Part shown: piece by piece, positions 35,827 to 44,822 of the stretch
Layout: each line of letters opens with the position of its first letter
Numbering within the stretch: the first letter of the stretch is position 1
Virus record (IMG/VR): IMGVR_UViG_3300030329_005507
Span: 1-55,091 of that record
Length of the DNA: 55,091 bases
DNA from: a virus
Taxonomy: Duplodnaviria; Caudoviricetes
Strand: one strand, 5' to 3'
Made by a program: the position numbers and the translations under genes
The notes under the pieces: model-generated
Databases searched by the model: none
Told to the model about the DNA's origin: nothing
The model's input: only the letters and a program-made list of their open reading frames with translations

Positions 35827-36487
35827 TTTTATCCTCCTTTTTAGAATTTAATGCTTTAGCCATAGATGGTGCTGCCCATTCTGTTGGAGTTAAAAATGGT
35901 TCTGCCCAAGGATGTTTATTAACAACTTCTTTTACCATAAGCTTAAACACTTCTTGATATTCACCTTGTGCTCTTGGACTTAATCTAGATTTAGCCATTT
36001 CATGTAAAGTTCTAAGAGTGAATTTGGCTACAATATTAGTATGAATATTAGTCGGTAAAACACCACGAGCATCCTCTGCATTTATACCCATCTTAAGAAG
36101 TTCATAATATCCTGTGTGAATATCCTGCATAGTTTCTTCATAAACTTTTTTTGCTTCAGGATTTTCTAATATAGCTGGTGACATATAATAACCAAAACCA
36201 TCCATCTTTACAGTTCTTTGAGATTGTTGTGCATAACTTCCTTGACGAGTTCTTACGAACTGATGGGTGAATGCTCTTGTAACATCTCTTATATCAAAAG
36301 TATAATCTACAAATTCCCAAGACGATTTAATTGTTTTAAGCATGTAATCTAATTCACCTTGCTTTTTAGTCTCTGGCCATTTTTTGATCGAATCATAGGC
36401 ATTATCTACATTCATCAATCTAGTGTTCTTTGTAAAAAGCAAAAGATTCTTTGCATCTTCAGTGCAGTTTATTAATGTAACTTTCAT
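35819..36487 (-). CDS. thyX: ThyX-family flavin-dependent thymidylate synthase homolog with a variant motif
   Basis: HQFVRTRQGSYAQQSQR (canonical RHRxxSxxxxSxR), EDARGVLP, RAQGEY. Confidence 0.8.
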   Translation of the reverse strand: MKVTLINCTEDAKNLLLFTKNTRLMNVDNAYDSIKKWPETKKQGELDYMLKTIKSSWEFVDYTFDIRDVTRAFTHQFVRTRQGSYAQQSQRTVKMDGFGYYMSPAILENPEAKKVYEETMQDIHTGYYELLKMGINAEDARGVLPTNIHTNIVAKFTLRTLHEMAKSRLSPRAQGEYQEVFKLMVKEVVNKHPWAEPFLTPTEWAAPSMAKALNSKKEDKND

Positions 36488-36489
36488 AA

Positions 36490-36924
36490 TTAATTCCTCT
36501 CTATCTCTGTAAATATTTCATTATTAAATTGTGGTGGGAAAGATAATAAAACATAAGCTTCATAACCAGAAGTTGTTTCTATTATCTCAGCTTTTAATTG
36601 TCTGTAATTTTCTATTGTCATTTTAATATCTTCTATCATAGCTATCTCTGAACCTTGAGAAGTTCCTTCTGATAAATGATATTTAGAGCGACCTTTTACA
36701 TCACTTGATATTTTGTCAGCAGCAGATCTTTTTGCAGCCATAATTGCCATATCAAGTGCTAATTGTTTGTGCTTAGATTGACCAAAGCCAGAAGTCGTAG
36801 TGAAGCTTTTATTATATGGTGGCTCTAAGTACCAACTTGGTATTTCTATTTTATAAGGATTACTGCAACTTATTAAAGAGAAAATTATCCCAAAAAATAT
36901 TATCATTAATATAATTTTATACAT
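36490..36924 (-). CDS. Lipoprotein, LPP20-like
   Basis: Lipobox LISC after a hydrophobic stretch; PSWY, GFGQS, ALDMAIMAAK. Confidence 0.7.
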   Translation of the reverse strand: MYKIILMIIFFGIIFSLISCSNPYKIEIPSWYLEPPYNKSFTTTSGFGQSKHKQLALDMAIMAAKRSAADKISSDVKGRSKYHLSEGTSQGSEIAMIEDIKMTIENYRQLKAEIIETTSGYEAYVLLSFPPQFNNEIFTEIERN

Positions 36925-37840
36925 CTTCTTTTCCTTTCTCATGTAATGCTCTTTTGTAGCTGTTATTTAAAAAACCATCAATGACATTTATATCTTTAAC
37001 AACATCATCAAGGAGTAGCTGTCTCCAAGTGGCGAATCTTCCTAAAGAATATATTCCGTATTTTTGCGTTGTCCAGTGAATAAATTCTCTTCTTACATAT
37101 TCATCAATTGGCAACAACTTACCATATTGCATCTCTGATTGTTTTATCGGTGACAATCTTTTTGGATGTATACCAAAATCATCCATTAATGCTCCCATGA
37201 TATCAGGACCAGAATTTTTAGGTGGTCTTATAAATTCAGCGATAACCACTTTGCCAGTCACAGATATCCTATAATAATCTATTAATGGGTCTGGGTAATA
37301 AATAGTCTGATTAACATTTATCTCTGGATCTGTAATTTCAGTTCTTTGAGACCATATTGTTTTGAATTTAAATTCTGGCACATTATCCCAACCAGTTAGC
37401 TTCATTAAGATAGGCATAGGGATAGTAGATATAATTGGCTCACCAGAATTTTCTTTAACTTCTTCAAGTGTTTTATTATATTCAATATTAATACCTTCAG
37501 CCATCAAGCTAATTAAATTTGGTGGTGCAATATATCTCTCCACTGGTTCTAAATTATTAATAGACCGATCGAAATAACTTCCTGTCACTTTTTGAGAATA
37601 AAGATTAGATAAATATAATGTTGGTTCAGTGTTAAGAACTTTATCATATTTTATTGCTTTCCTTACTTTAACTTTTTTGAATGGGATGTTGGTAGCAACT
37701 CCAACAGAGTTATTTCTAAAACGCAAAAGAGCATCATGATTATTTGGTAATGATTTTTGCTTCTCTCTTATCTTTGGTGAATATCGACGCAACATATTTG
37801 CTGCCAATAATCCAGCCATGCCAGAGCCATAAATAATCAT
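36917..37840 (-). CDS. FAD-dependent oxidoreductase (Rossmann fold)
   Basis: IIYGSGMAGLLAA, ISTIPM, SLGRFATW. Confidence 0.75.
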   Translation of the reverse strand: MIIYGSGMAGLLAANMLRRYSPKIREKQKSLPNNHDALLRFRNNSVGVATNIPFKKVKVRKAIKYDKVLNTEPTLYLSNLYSQKVTGSYFDRSINNLEPVERYIAPPNLISLMAEGINIEYNKTLEEVKENSGEPIISTIPMPILMKLTGWDNVPEFKFKTIWSQRTEITDPEINVNQTIYYPDPLIDYYRISVTGKVVIAEFIRPPKNSGPDIMGALMDDFGIHPKRLSPIKQSEMQYGKLLPIDEYVRREFIHWTTQKYGIYSLGRFATWRQLLLDDVVKDINVIDGFLNNSYKRALHEKGKEDV

Positions 37841-38385
37841 CTTATTACTTTAACTCTTTTCATGTAAAGATCCCACGCAAGGTCTTGTCTTCTTCCTCCC
37901 AGTTGTATGTATTTTTCATAAGGAATCTCTTTATGTTTTAATATTATTTCAAAAGAATTAAAGCCATGACTAAATCTTCTCCTTGGGTTGTTCTCACAAG
38001 GATCTTTTAATATAATCCTTTTCCCTTCATAAATAGATTTCCTTCCTCTTTTTCCTGCTGGTTGTTTTAAATGCTTAACAGTACTTGTCGTCTCTCTTAC
38101 TTCAATTAATTTTTTTGAAGCTAATTCCATAAATAAATTCCAAGTTCTCCTGACAGCTGTTTTCCTATCAGCAAATCTTTTAACCTTATCTTTTAATGCT
38201 AAAGAATTATAAACAGAAATTAAATCTTCATTTCTAAATATATAATTATCAAAAAAATCTTGCTCACTTGTAACAAGAATTCCTGAAGTTGGATCCAAAG
38301 AAGCTCCTGATTTACTTGTAAATGCAATTATAGAATCTTTTGGATTACCATATCTGTGCAATGTAACTTTAAATATAAACATCAT
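37837..38385 (-). CDS. Hypothetical protein with the shared C-terminal domain
   Basis: NPRRRFSHGFNSFEII...YEKYIQLGGRRQDLAWDL; AGAAAGGAAT RBS. Confidence 0.7.
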   Translation of the reverse strand: MMFIFKVTLHRYGNPKDSIIAFTSKSGASLDPTSGILVTSEQDFFDNYIFRNEDLISVYNSLALKDKVKRFADRKTAVRRTWNLFMELASKKLIEVRETTSTVKHLKQPAGKRGRKSIYEGKRIILKDPCENNPRRRFSHGFNSFEIILKHKEIPYEKYIQLGGRRQDLAWDLYMKRVKVIR

Positions 38386-38564
38386 TTATTCCTTTCTAAA
38401 ATGTATTCTTTTTTATTTTTTGCTTTTGAATTTAAAATGCTTTGATATTCTCTGAAATATGGATTGTTTTCATTAAATACATGACCACGACAAATGCTTA
38501 TGCGATTTATTGCAGCAATCCTCTTGTCCTTCCATTTAGAAGTATTTCTAAAACATTGTAACAT
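38382..38564 (-). CDS. Small hypothetical protein
   Basis: GAGAAAGGAAT RBS upstream; 60 aa. Confidence 0.6.
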   Translation of the reverse strand: MLQCFRNTSKWKDKRIAAINRISICRGHVFNENNPYFREYQSILNSKAKNKKEYILERNK

Positions 38565-38624
38565 TTTAATTCCTTTCTCAATAATTACTTTTATCTCTCT
38601 AAATTAATAGAAAGTAAAGTAAAA

Positions 38625-40094
38625 TTAAAATTCGAAGTATTTTGTAGAGTTTGGTCTAACAAGAACAAGTTTATTTTTAGTTCTTGTTAATGCTACATAC
38701 CAGACTCTCAACTCTTCATCTTTATGCATGTTCTGCCATGATTTTGTTCCTACATCAGTTAGAATCATAACATTATCTGCTTCTCCTCCTTTCACTTGGT
38801 GAATTGTACTGATAACAATTTTAGGTTTTTCATTAAGCTTTTCTCCATTACGCAAACAAGAACGTATGTACTCTCTTTCATCTGGTGGAATTAATTTTAA
38901 TATTTCCATCCAGTCTTGTTTTAAAGAACTATTTGGTAAACCAATATCTTCTATTGTGTATGTTTTCTTTTTACTAAGTTTATGTTCTATTGGTAAAAAA
39001 TTAATAATATTTTTAGCTTCGGAAGGTGTCAAAGAATTACCTTTTCTTAAAGACTCCCAAGAAACAATAGCTTTTGTGGTATCAGTATCTAATGAATTTT
39101 TACCGAATAATAAATATCCACGACCTTGTTGACGAGCAACTTGTTTTAATCTTACAAGCAAATATTTTGAACGAGCTAATAATAACCACTCTCCTGATAA
39201 CTTTACCTCTTGTTCATTTGCTACCCATTCAACTTCACCTCTATCTAATTTAGGTTTCCAATTTTTTCTATATCTATTTCTTATCCTATATAAAACCGAA
39301 GAAGCTAAAAAATGAACAGACTTTGGTATTCTGTAAGATCTTGGTAAGACTATCTTATGACCTTTTAATGATAAAAATTTAGAGACATCAGCACCTGCCC
39401 ATCCAAATATAGCTTGGTCATCATCACCAGCTATATAAATTTTTTTTGCATGTTTTGCTAATTTAATTCCCATCTTGTATTGCAAAGAAGATAAATCTTG
39501 AGCTTCATCAAATATGCAAATATCTATTGGCAATGTTCCTTCATATTTCTCCAGCATATCTGTAAAATCAAATAATCCTAATTCTTGTTTGTAAAGCTTT
39601 AAAGCTTTCTGATATTGTTCAACGGCATGAAAATTTAAATCATCTACATTTAAAATATTAAACTGCTCTTCTATATTCCTCATGCTCATCCTAGATAATG
39701 CATCAACACGAGCACATTTATCTCCTAAACTATCTCCGATAGGAACATGAGTAATCTCATCATAAACTCCACGGAAACTTATTCCCATTGCTTTGCCAAG
39801 CTTTTTATAATGAGATGTTGTCATAACTTCATCACGACGAAGACCTAATTGTTTGAAAGCTAAAGAGTGCAAAGTTCTAAAATAAGGCAATCTGTCTTCA
39901 TCAAATCCAAAACGACTCATTGCTCTTTCAATAGCTTCATCTGCAGCTTTCCTAGTGAATGCAAGGAATGCTATTCTTTCTGGTGGTGTTCCACTTGCAA
40001 GAGCTCGGTCTACAACATTAAGAAGAGCAGTTGTTTTGCCAGTTCCTGGAGGACCAAGTATAATGTTAACTCGATGATTTGACTCTACTTCCAT
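38625..40094 (-). CDS. UvrD/Rep SF1 helicase
   Basis: GPPGTGKTT, FTRKAA, TLHS, DEAQD, GDDDQAI, TIHQVKGGEAD, YVALTR. Confidence 0.93.
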   Translation of the reverse strand: MEVESNHRVNIILGPPGTGKTTALLNVVDRALASGTPPERIAFLAFTRKAADEAIERAMSRFGFDEDRLPYFRTLHSLAFKQLGLRRDEVMTTSHYKKLGKAMGISFRGVYDEITHVPIGDSLGDKCARVDALSRMSMRNIEEQFNILNVDDLNFHAVEQYQKALKLYKQELGLFDFTDMLEKYEGTLPIDICIFDEAQDLSSLQYKMGIKLAKHAKKIYIAGDDDQAIFGWAGADVSKFLSLKGHKIVLPRSYRIPKSVHFLASSVLYRIRNRYRKNWKPKLDRGEVEWVANEQEVKLSGEWLLLARSKYLLVRLKQVARQQGRGYLLFGKNSLDTDTTKAIVSWESLRKGNSLTPSEAKNIINFLPIEHKLSKKKTYTIEDIGLPNSSLKQDWMEILKLIPPDEREYIRSCLRNGEKLNEKPKIVISTIHQVKGGEADNVMILTDVGTKSWQNMHKDEELRVWYVALTRTKNKLVLVRPNSTKYFEF

Positions 40095-40278
40095 GTTTAA
40101 TCTTTCTTATTATTTCTTTAACAGACATAACAGAAGTTAAAATATTATGTGGGAATCTTCCCTCTTCAATCATCTGCTCTGTTCCTAATACGAGATCCAA
40201 AATATCTGTATCTAATATTTTCTCTCTCACTCTCATTATTATTTCTTTATTATTCTCTCTTGTTACCCAATCACCCAT
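40066..40278 (-). CDS. Small hypothetical protein
   Basis: Coupled to the primase stop; GGAGG upstream. Confidence 0.55.
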   Translation of the reverse strand: MGDWVTRENNKEIIMRVREKILDTDILDLVLGTEQMIEEGRFPHNILTSVMSVKEIIRKIKHGSRVKSSS

Positions 40279-41810
40279 TAAAAATCCTCCTTCACTGTTG
40301 ATGGTATTTCAAGCTCTTCTTCCTCAAAGAACTCAGGAGCATTAACAGACCAAACCTTCACTGGTTTGCCTTTTATTCTAAAAGTCTTCCTTTCAGCTCC
40401 TCCCTCTCTGAGCCAAGACCATATTTGGTGCTGAGAAGAATACTTATATCTTCTTGTGTCTAAGTAAACAAATAAATCTTCTGAACGGAAATAAACTCTA
40501 TCTTCTTCTATATTATTCCATGGTTTACCATTCATTATTTCATCACGATGACGAGCTTGAACTTTCCCAGTTAAGAATGTATCAAGTAATTTTTCAAACT
40601 GACCTTTTGGTGATGCATCGTCTGGGTCATGTATCACTTCAACAACTTCTAGAAGCTCATTAACTCTAGATTCCCATTTAGGTGCTGGCATGGTACTTGG
40701 ACATTTATTTAATCTTTCCACGCACATCTTTTGTAATTTTCTTTGGTCTAATAATTGTTCGGTTGTAACTTCAATTCTTTCCCCACCAATTTCTATATAC
40801 CATCTTACTGACATTTTGTTTTCAGTTTCATATTTAGTTATGGCATCAATCTCTATTGTTTGACCAGCACCAGCTCCTCCACCTATACCAAAAGGTCTTT
40901 TAAGACATTTAGATTTTTCACAGTAATTGCATATTGGTGCCTGCTTACATGTATAGATGTAATCTTTTTTAGCAACACCTTTTATTATACCACTAACTTC
41001 GGTTGCTGATAATGATGGCTTTACATATTCATAATTATGACGCATGACATCTTCTTGCCAATCGTCTGGATTCTTTTTTCTATAATAAACACCGATGTTA
41101 AATAAAGATACATTACGAGTTCCTTCTGGGAATCCCATTGTAGATAGATATTGTAGACAAGGAGGACCATCTTCAAATATAGCTTCAAGTTCTGGTTCAT
41201 AAGCATCTAAATCTTCTATTGTGCACGTTTTCTGTTCTGCGAATTCTATAAATTCTTTTAAATTTAATCTCTTGCCATTTTTTATTGCATATCTTTCTGA
41301 GTTCTCACCACCATGATAACATAAATTAATCCAATTACCTCTGTCTCTTTCATTAGCTCTTTGCACTTGCTTAGGGAATATTTCTACACCACCATAACCT
41401 AATTGTGCTGCAAACTCATTTAATTTGCTTACCATCTTTGTTGCTTTAATTGGTGGGTCTGTAAATAAATAAAGGTGAGCACCACCACTTTTACTTCTAC
41501 ACATAACAAGTGGCATATTTTGCACTCTTTTTTCTAATTCTTCTAATGGTTCACTTAACTTAACCATGCCACGAATATCTATATCAATACAACCGAAACT
41601 GCATGTGTTATCTTCTTTAAGCATAATGATGCCGAGTATTGAGCCATCCCCTATAAGATGGTCTTCAAAATTTTTAATAGAAACTGGTTCTGAAATTGTT
41701 AATGCTCTTCCTGAAAGCTTTCCATCTGCACCTGTTGTGACTGTTCTGTATTGTCCGTATGCATTTTGATAACCATCAAACAGTTTCATAAATCTTTTTG
41801 TAAGATCCAT
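40278..41810 (-). CDS. AEP-type primase with PriCT-like and Cys-cluster regions
   Basis: FGCIDID, RSKSGGAHLYLF, EIFPKQ, GPPCLQ, GTRN, C-x5-C-x2-C-x4-C. Confidence 0.82.
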   Translation of the reverse strand: MDLTKRFMKLFDGYQNAYGQYRTVTTGADGKLSGRALTISEPVSIKNFEDHLIGDGSILGIIMLKEDNTCSFGCIDIDIRGMVKLSEPLEELEKRVQNMPLVMCRSKSGGAHLYLFTDPPIKATKMVSKLNEFAAQLGYGGVEIFPKQVQRANERDRGNWINLCYHGGENSERYAIKNGKRLNLKEFIEFAEQKTCTIEDLDAYEPELEAIFEDGPPCLQYLSTMGFPEGTRNVSLFNIGVYYRKKNPDDWQEDVMRHNYEYVKPSLSATEVSGIIKGVAKKDYIYTCKQAPICNYCEKSKCLKRPFGIGGGAGAGQTIEIDAITKYETENKMSVRWYIEIGGERIEVTTEQLLDQRKLQKMCVERLNKCPSTMPAPKWESRVNELLEVVEVIHDPDDASPKGQFEKLLDTFLTGKVQARHRDEIMNGKPWNNIEEDRVYFRSEDLFVYLDTRRYKYSSQHQIWSWLREGGAERKTFRIKGKPVKVWSVNAPEFFEEEELEIPSTVKEDF

Positions 41811-41828
41811 AATATTACCTCTCTAACT

Positions 41829-41852
41829 GTGGGTGGCTTTTACACCACCCAC
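41829..41852 (-). terminator. GC-rich hairpin between the SSB-like gene and primase
   Basis: GTGGGTGG-8 nt-CCACCCAC with no U-tract; may be an attenuator or processing site. Confidence 0.5.
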
Positions 41853-41859
41853 TTCATTA

Positions 41860-42663
41860 TTAGAAATTTTCTTCTGAAGTATTCTCAGGAGAAACATTAA
41901 CTTTACCTGATTGGATCTGGTCTCTAAAAGATCTTGCAGCTAAATAAATGCTTTCTCCTCCAGGGATTTTACCTATTATCCCACCAGATTGAGCATCATA
42001 CATTTGGTCAACTTGCCAACCAAACCAACTCCCCTTATCATTTTCTTCTGGGACAGTAGTCAATGTATATGCATTCCAAAAACAAGCAGGATTAAATGTT
42101 CCACCTTTTGGATTAGGAACTTGTAATTGTGCAATCATTGAATTCCATCTTTTTGCTTTTTTAAGCTGAGACGATGTCATTGACAATAATGCTTGATTAA
42201 AGATCCCAGTTTTAGGATCTACGATATAAACATAATACTCAGCAGTTGTTACAATCTCATTTCCTTCTGGAGTAATATCTCGGAAGGATTCTGCATCTCT
42301 AGTGCAAGTTGATAGAATAGAACTATCACTGCCATGGTCGTTTACTAAACCACCACCAGCACTTCTAGGTTTCCACTCTATATATGCACGACGATAACTA
42401 ACAGGAACAACAACTATTCCTTTCTCGCCATCATATGCTTCACGTGTAACAGTATTTAATATGAAACCTGCTTCTGCACCTTCAATGTAAGCACCATCCC
42501 TTTTATTTACTTGTGGGGATAATGATTGTAAGACTTGAAGTCTTGGTATCATATAGTCATCACGTGACATAGTTTCTTGACCAACACCTGCATCGTCAAT
42601 TAATATAGATGGGTCAAATGTAGTTACTTCACTTTCTTTTTTAGTTTCTATTTCTTTAGACAT
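41860..42663 (-). CDS. Probable ssDNA-binding/annealing protein
   Basis: IPRLQVLQSLSPQV, YIEW, MTSSQLKKAKRWNS, NDKGSWFGW, acidic tail ending in F. Confidence 0.65.
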   Translation of the reverse strand: MSKEIETKKESEVTTFDPSILIDDAGVGQETMSRDDYMIPRLQVLQSLSPQVNKRDGAYIEGAEAGFILNTVTREAYDGEKGIVVVPVSYRRAYIEWKPRSAGGGLVNDHGSDSSILSTCTRDAESFRDITPEGNEIVTTAEYYVYIVDPKTGIFNQALLSMTSSQLKKAKRWNSMIAQLQVPNPKGGTFNPACFWNAYTLTTVPEENDKGSWFGWQVDQMYDAQSGGIIGKIPGGESIYLAARSFRDQIQSGKVNVSPENTSEENF

Positions 42664-42665
42664 AA

Positions 42666-43253
42666 TTATTTCCTCTCAATTTTGGCACGATTGCCAGTGA
42701 ATATTTTGAAATCCTCATAAGGAACATTTTTCCCTTCAGAAATTTGTTCTTTAAGCCAAGCATTTAAACTACTCGGATGGACTCCAGCTTTGCTCGAATA
42801 CAGGTGGTCTTTCTCTGCAAGTGATTCTTTAAACTTTGCACACTTCTCATCCTCACCTGATTGAAACTGAACCTCAACAATATTTTTAATCATAGAAGAA
42901 GCTTTCTGATTTCTTAAATAACTAAAACATCGTTCTTGGCGAAGTTTGAGATCGTCTCTTTTATCACCTTTTGCTTTGTCAATAGCTCCTTGTGATGGGA
43001 TAGATCCTGAGACAATATCATTCACTGTTACACGAGTGCCGTCGTTAAGCTTGAACTCTTTTATATTCAAACTCTGCATGAGTTCTGGGAGATCTTGCTC
43101 GGCAACTCTTTTGAGATCCTGCTTCGCTTGTTTAAGTTGTTCTTCTAGCTCTACAATCGAATCCTCTAATTGTATCTGCCTTTCAGCCAACTCACTTACT
43201 GCACCTAGTTCATTTGATGAAGATGCCACATCGTCAAGCGGATTTATTTCCAT
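42666..43253 (-). CDS. Replication-module coiled-coil protein
   Basis: LPELMQSLNIKEFKLNDG and VHPSSLNAWLKE; paired with the SSB-like gene. Confidence 0.7.
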   Translation of the reverse strand: MEINPLDDVASSSNELGAVSELAERQIQLEDSIVELEEQLKQAKQDLKRVAEQDLPELMQSLNIKEFKLNDGTRVTVNDIVSGSIPSQGAIDKAKGDKRDDLKLRQERCFSYLRNQKASSMIKNIVEVQFQSGEDEKCAKFKESLAEKDHLYSSKAGVHPSSLNAWLKEQISEGKNVPYEDFKIFTGNRAKIERK

Positions 43254-43620
43254 AACTTGATTCCTTTCTCAATTCCAAGGTCAACGGCATATACCAACCA
43301 ACTCGTCGATCTCTGCCACCTTGCTCGATATTACGTTCCCATCTGAGAACGTTTACTATTGGGGAAACTTCTCCAGCTATCATTGAAACAATCATAACAG
43401 CTGTTGGGTCTCCACCTCCTGCCCATAGTAAATAATCGTCTGGGCTGAAGCTCTTTAATATTCTTCTTGCTTTTTGTATTGATGGTCCTGGAAGGAATTG
43501 AGGATTATCATTATCCTCAAATATCGGGACTAGCTTTCCATATCTTGATGCATCTGTTAAATCAGGCACCCATCCATATTTATTCATTTTTGGTCTTTGG
43601 ACTATATATACATTTGGCAT
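43234..43620 (-). CDS. Small Rossmann-like hypothetical protein
   Basis: VYIVQ, ASRYG, FSPDDYLLWAGGGDP, LRWER. Confidence 0.65.
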   Translation of the reverse strand: MPNVYIVQRPKMNKYGWVPDLTDASRYGKLVPIFEDNDNPQFLPGPSIQKARRILKSFSPDDYLLWAGGGDPTAVMIVSMIAGEVSPIVNVLRWERNIEQGGRDRRVGWYMPLTLELRKESSYGNKSA

Positions 43621-43817
43621 TATTGTTTCTTTCCATTTTTGTTATATATAAGAGTATTGCATCTTGTACAAAATATCTTAAGCACTTCATTAATATTTAA
43701 TTGTAATAAATCATTTACTCCGCATCTTGGACAAGTAACATGGGAGTGCATTTTATTTGTCTCGCCAGAAGAAGACGAAGCAGTTGTCCATGTTGAAGTT
43801 GAACTTGACCAAGTCAT
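43620..43817 (-). CDS. Small Zn-ribbon protein
   Basis: CPRC...CTRC. Confidence 0.55.
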   Translation of the reverse strand: MTWSSSTSTWTTASSSSGETNKMHSHVTCPRCGVNDLLQLNINEVLKIFCTRCNTLIYNKNGKKQ

Positions 43818-43821
43818 TATA

Positions 43822-44124
43822 TTAATGCAATGTGTCTGATGTGAATTGTTTTGCTAAATCTACACCATTATTAATATCTTCAGGAGTAATCTTTGGCAAC
43901 TCATTATAATATTTAAATGATATGTCTAAGAATACTTTGGTGTCTTTATCTAACATAACCTCTGTTCTCATCTCAACATCGTTATGTATGAATTCAAAAA
44001 GTACAGGAAATTTATAGTCATCTGGTAATTTTTTAATTTTACTTACTACTAGATTTCTATTCCTTCCTCTACGGATGGATTCATTATTAGCTTTTATAAG
44101 TAGATCTTTTGTAAAGTATTTCAT
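43822..44124 (-). CDS. First gene of the leftward operon, hypothetical
   Basis: Start MKYF at 44124 after AGAAAGGAAT. Confidence 0.7.
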   Translation of the reverse strand: MKYFTKDLLIKANNESIRRGRNRNLVVSKIKKLPDDYKFPVLFEFIHNDVEMRTEVMLDKDTKVFLDISFKYYNELPKITPEDINNGVDLAKQFTSDTLH

Positions 44125-44174
44125 GCTATATTCCTTTCTAAATATTTTTTTATCATAAGCTTTATTACTATAAA

Positions 44175-44202
44175 AGTATATATAAAAAAATAATAAAGAC
44201 AA
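44175..44202 (-). promoter_or_regulatory. Leftward promoter
   Basis: TTGTCT-16 nt-TATACT. Confidence 0.55.
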
Positions 44203-44225
44203 CAAAAACTTTTTTCTAAATCAGA

Positions 44226-44350
44226 GGTTTCGTGGTAACGATGGTTTCGTTTGTGTTAAGATCGTTATTAGTCAAAGATTTGAAGGCGTTACCTAACTGA
44301 GAAAAATAAGGTAACTTTTTTTGTACTTTGGTAACTTTTTTGTTTACTTT
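44226..44350. repeat. Short-repeat cluster at the divergence point; candidate origin or packaging site
   Basis: GGTAAC at 44234, 44310 and 44330, inverted at 44288; GGTTTCGT at 44226 and 44243. Confidence 0.5.
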
Positions 44351-44371
44351 TGTTTTTTATTGGCGTATGAT
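44343..44371 (+). promoter_or_regulatory. Rightward early promoter
   Basis: TTTACT-17 nt-TATGAT, then palindrome TACTTATATAAGTA (44371-44384) and GAGAAAGGAAT RBS. Confidence 0.8.
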
Positions 44372-44400
44372 ACTTATATAAGTAATTGAGAAAGGAATAA

Positions 44401-44763
44401 ATGATGAAAAAACTTATATTTATAGTTAATAATGATAATATAAAATCTGAATTAACTGATATTCGTGAAAGTCTTGGGTTGGCTACTGTATCTAATGCAG
44501 TTATTGAACTGTGTAATGATTTTTGGTTAAATCCTTATAATAATGATTATTTGATGAAAAATGCTGAAGCTAATTTTAAAACTGTTATTTCTCCGCATGG
44601 TGGTAAATGGTTTTGTGCTAAAGGTAATGAATCTGATAAATCGTATCCTGTTTATTTAAATAAAAAAGCTAGTACTGAATTTTCTAAAGTTTCTGAAAAA
44701 GTTGGTTTAAAAACTGGTATGCTATTAAGTTATTTAATTGATAGCTATTATTTAGAAAGGTAG
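44401..44763 (+). CDS. Possible tandem ribbon-helix-helix regulator
   Basis: Two strand-helix-G-helix segments: LIFIV...IRESLGLATVSNAV and YPVYL...SEKVGLKTGMLL. Confidence 0.5.
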   Translation: MMKKLIFIVNNDNIKSELTDIRESLGLATVSNAVIELCNDFWLNPYNNDYLMKNAEANFKTVISPHGGKWFCAKGNESDKSYPVYLNKKASTEFSKVSEKVGLKTGMLLSYLIDSYYLER

Positions 44764-44766
44764 TTG

Positions 44767-44795
44767 TTTACTTATCTGCTCAATTAAGCTATTCT
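44767..44795 (+). promoter_or_regulatory. Early promoter with 18-bp spacer box
   Basis: TTTACT-17 nt-TATTCT; box CTTATCTGCTCAATTAAG (44771-44788). Confidence 0.8.
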
Positions 44796-44822
44796 ATAAT
44801 TACAAAACTGAGAAAGGAATAA

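Noticed and set aside
38575-38624. Another boxed early promoter upstream of 38564
   Set aside because: TTTACT and the RBS are present, but there is no good -10 at 17 nt and no convincing box, so it was not called.
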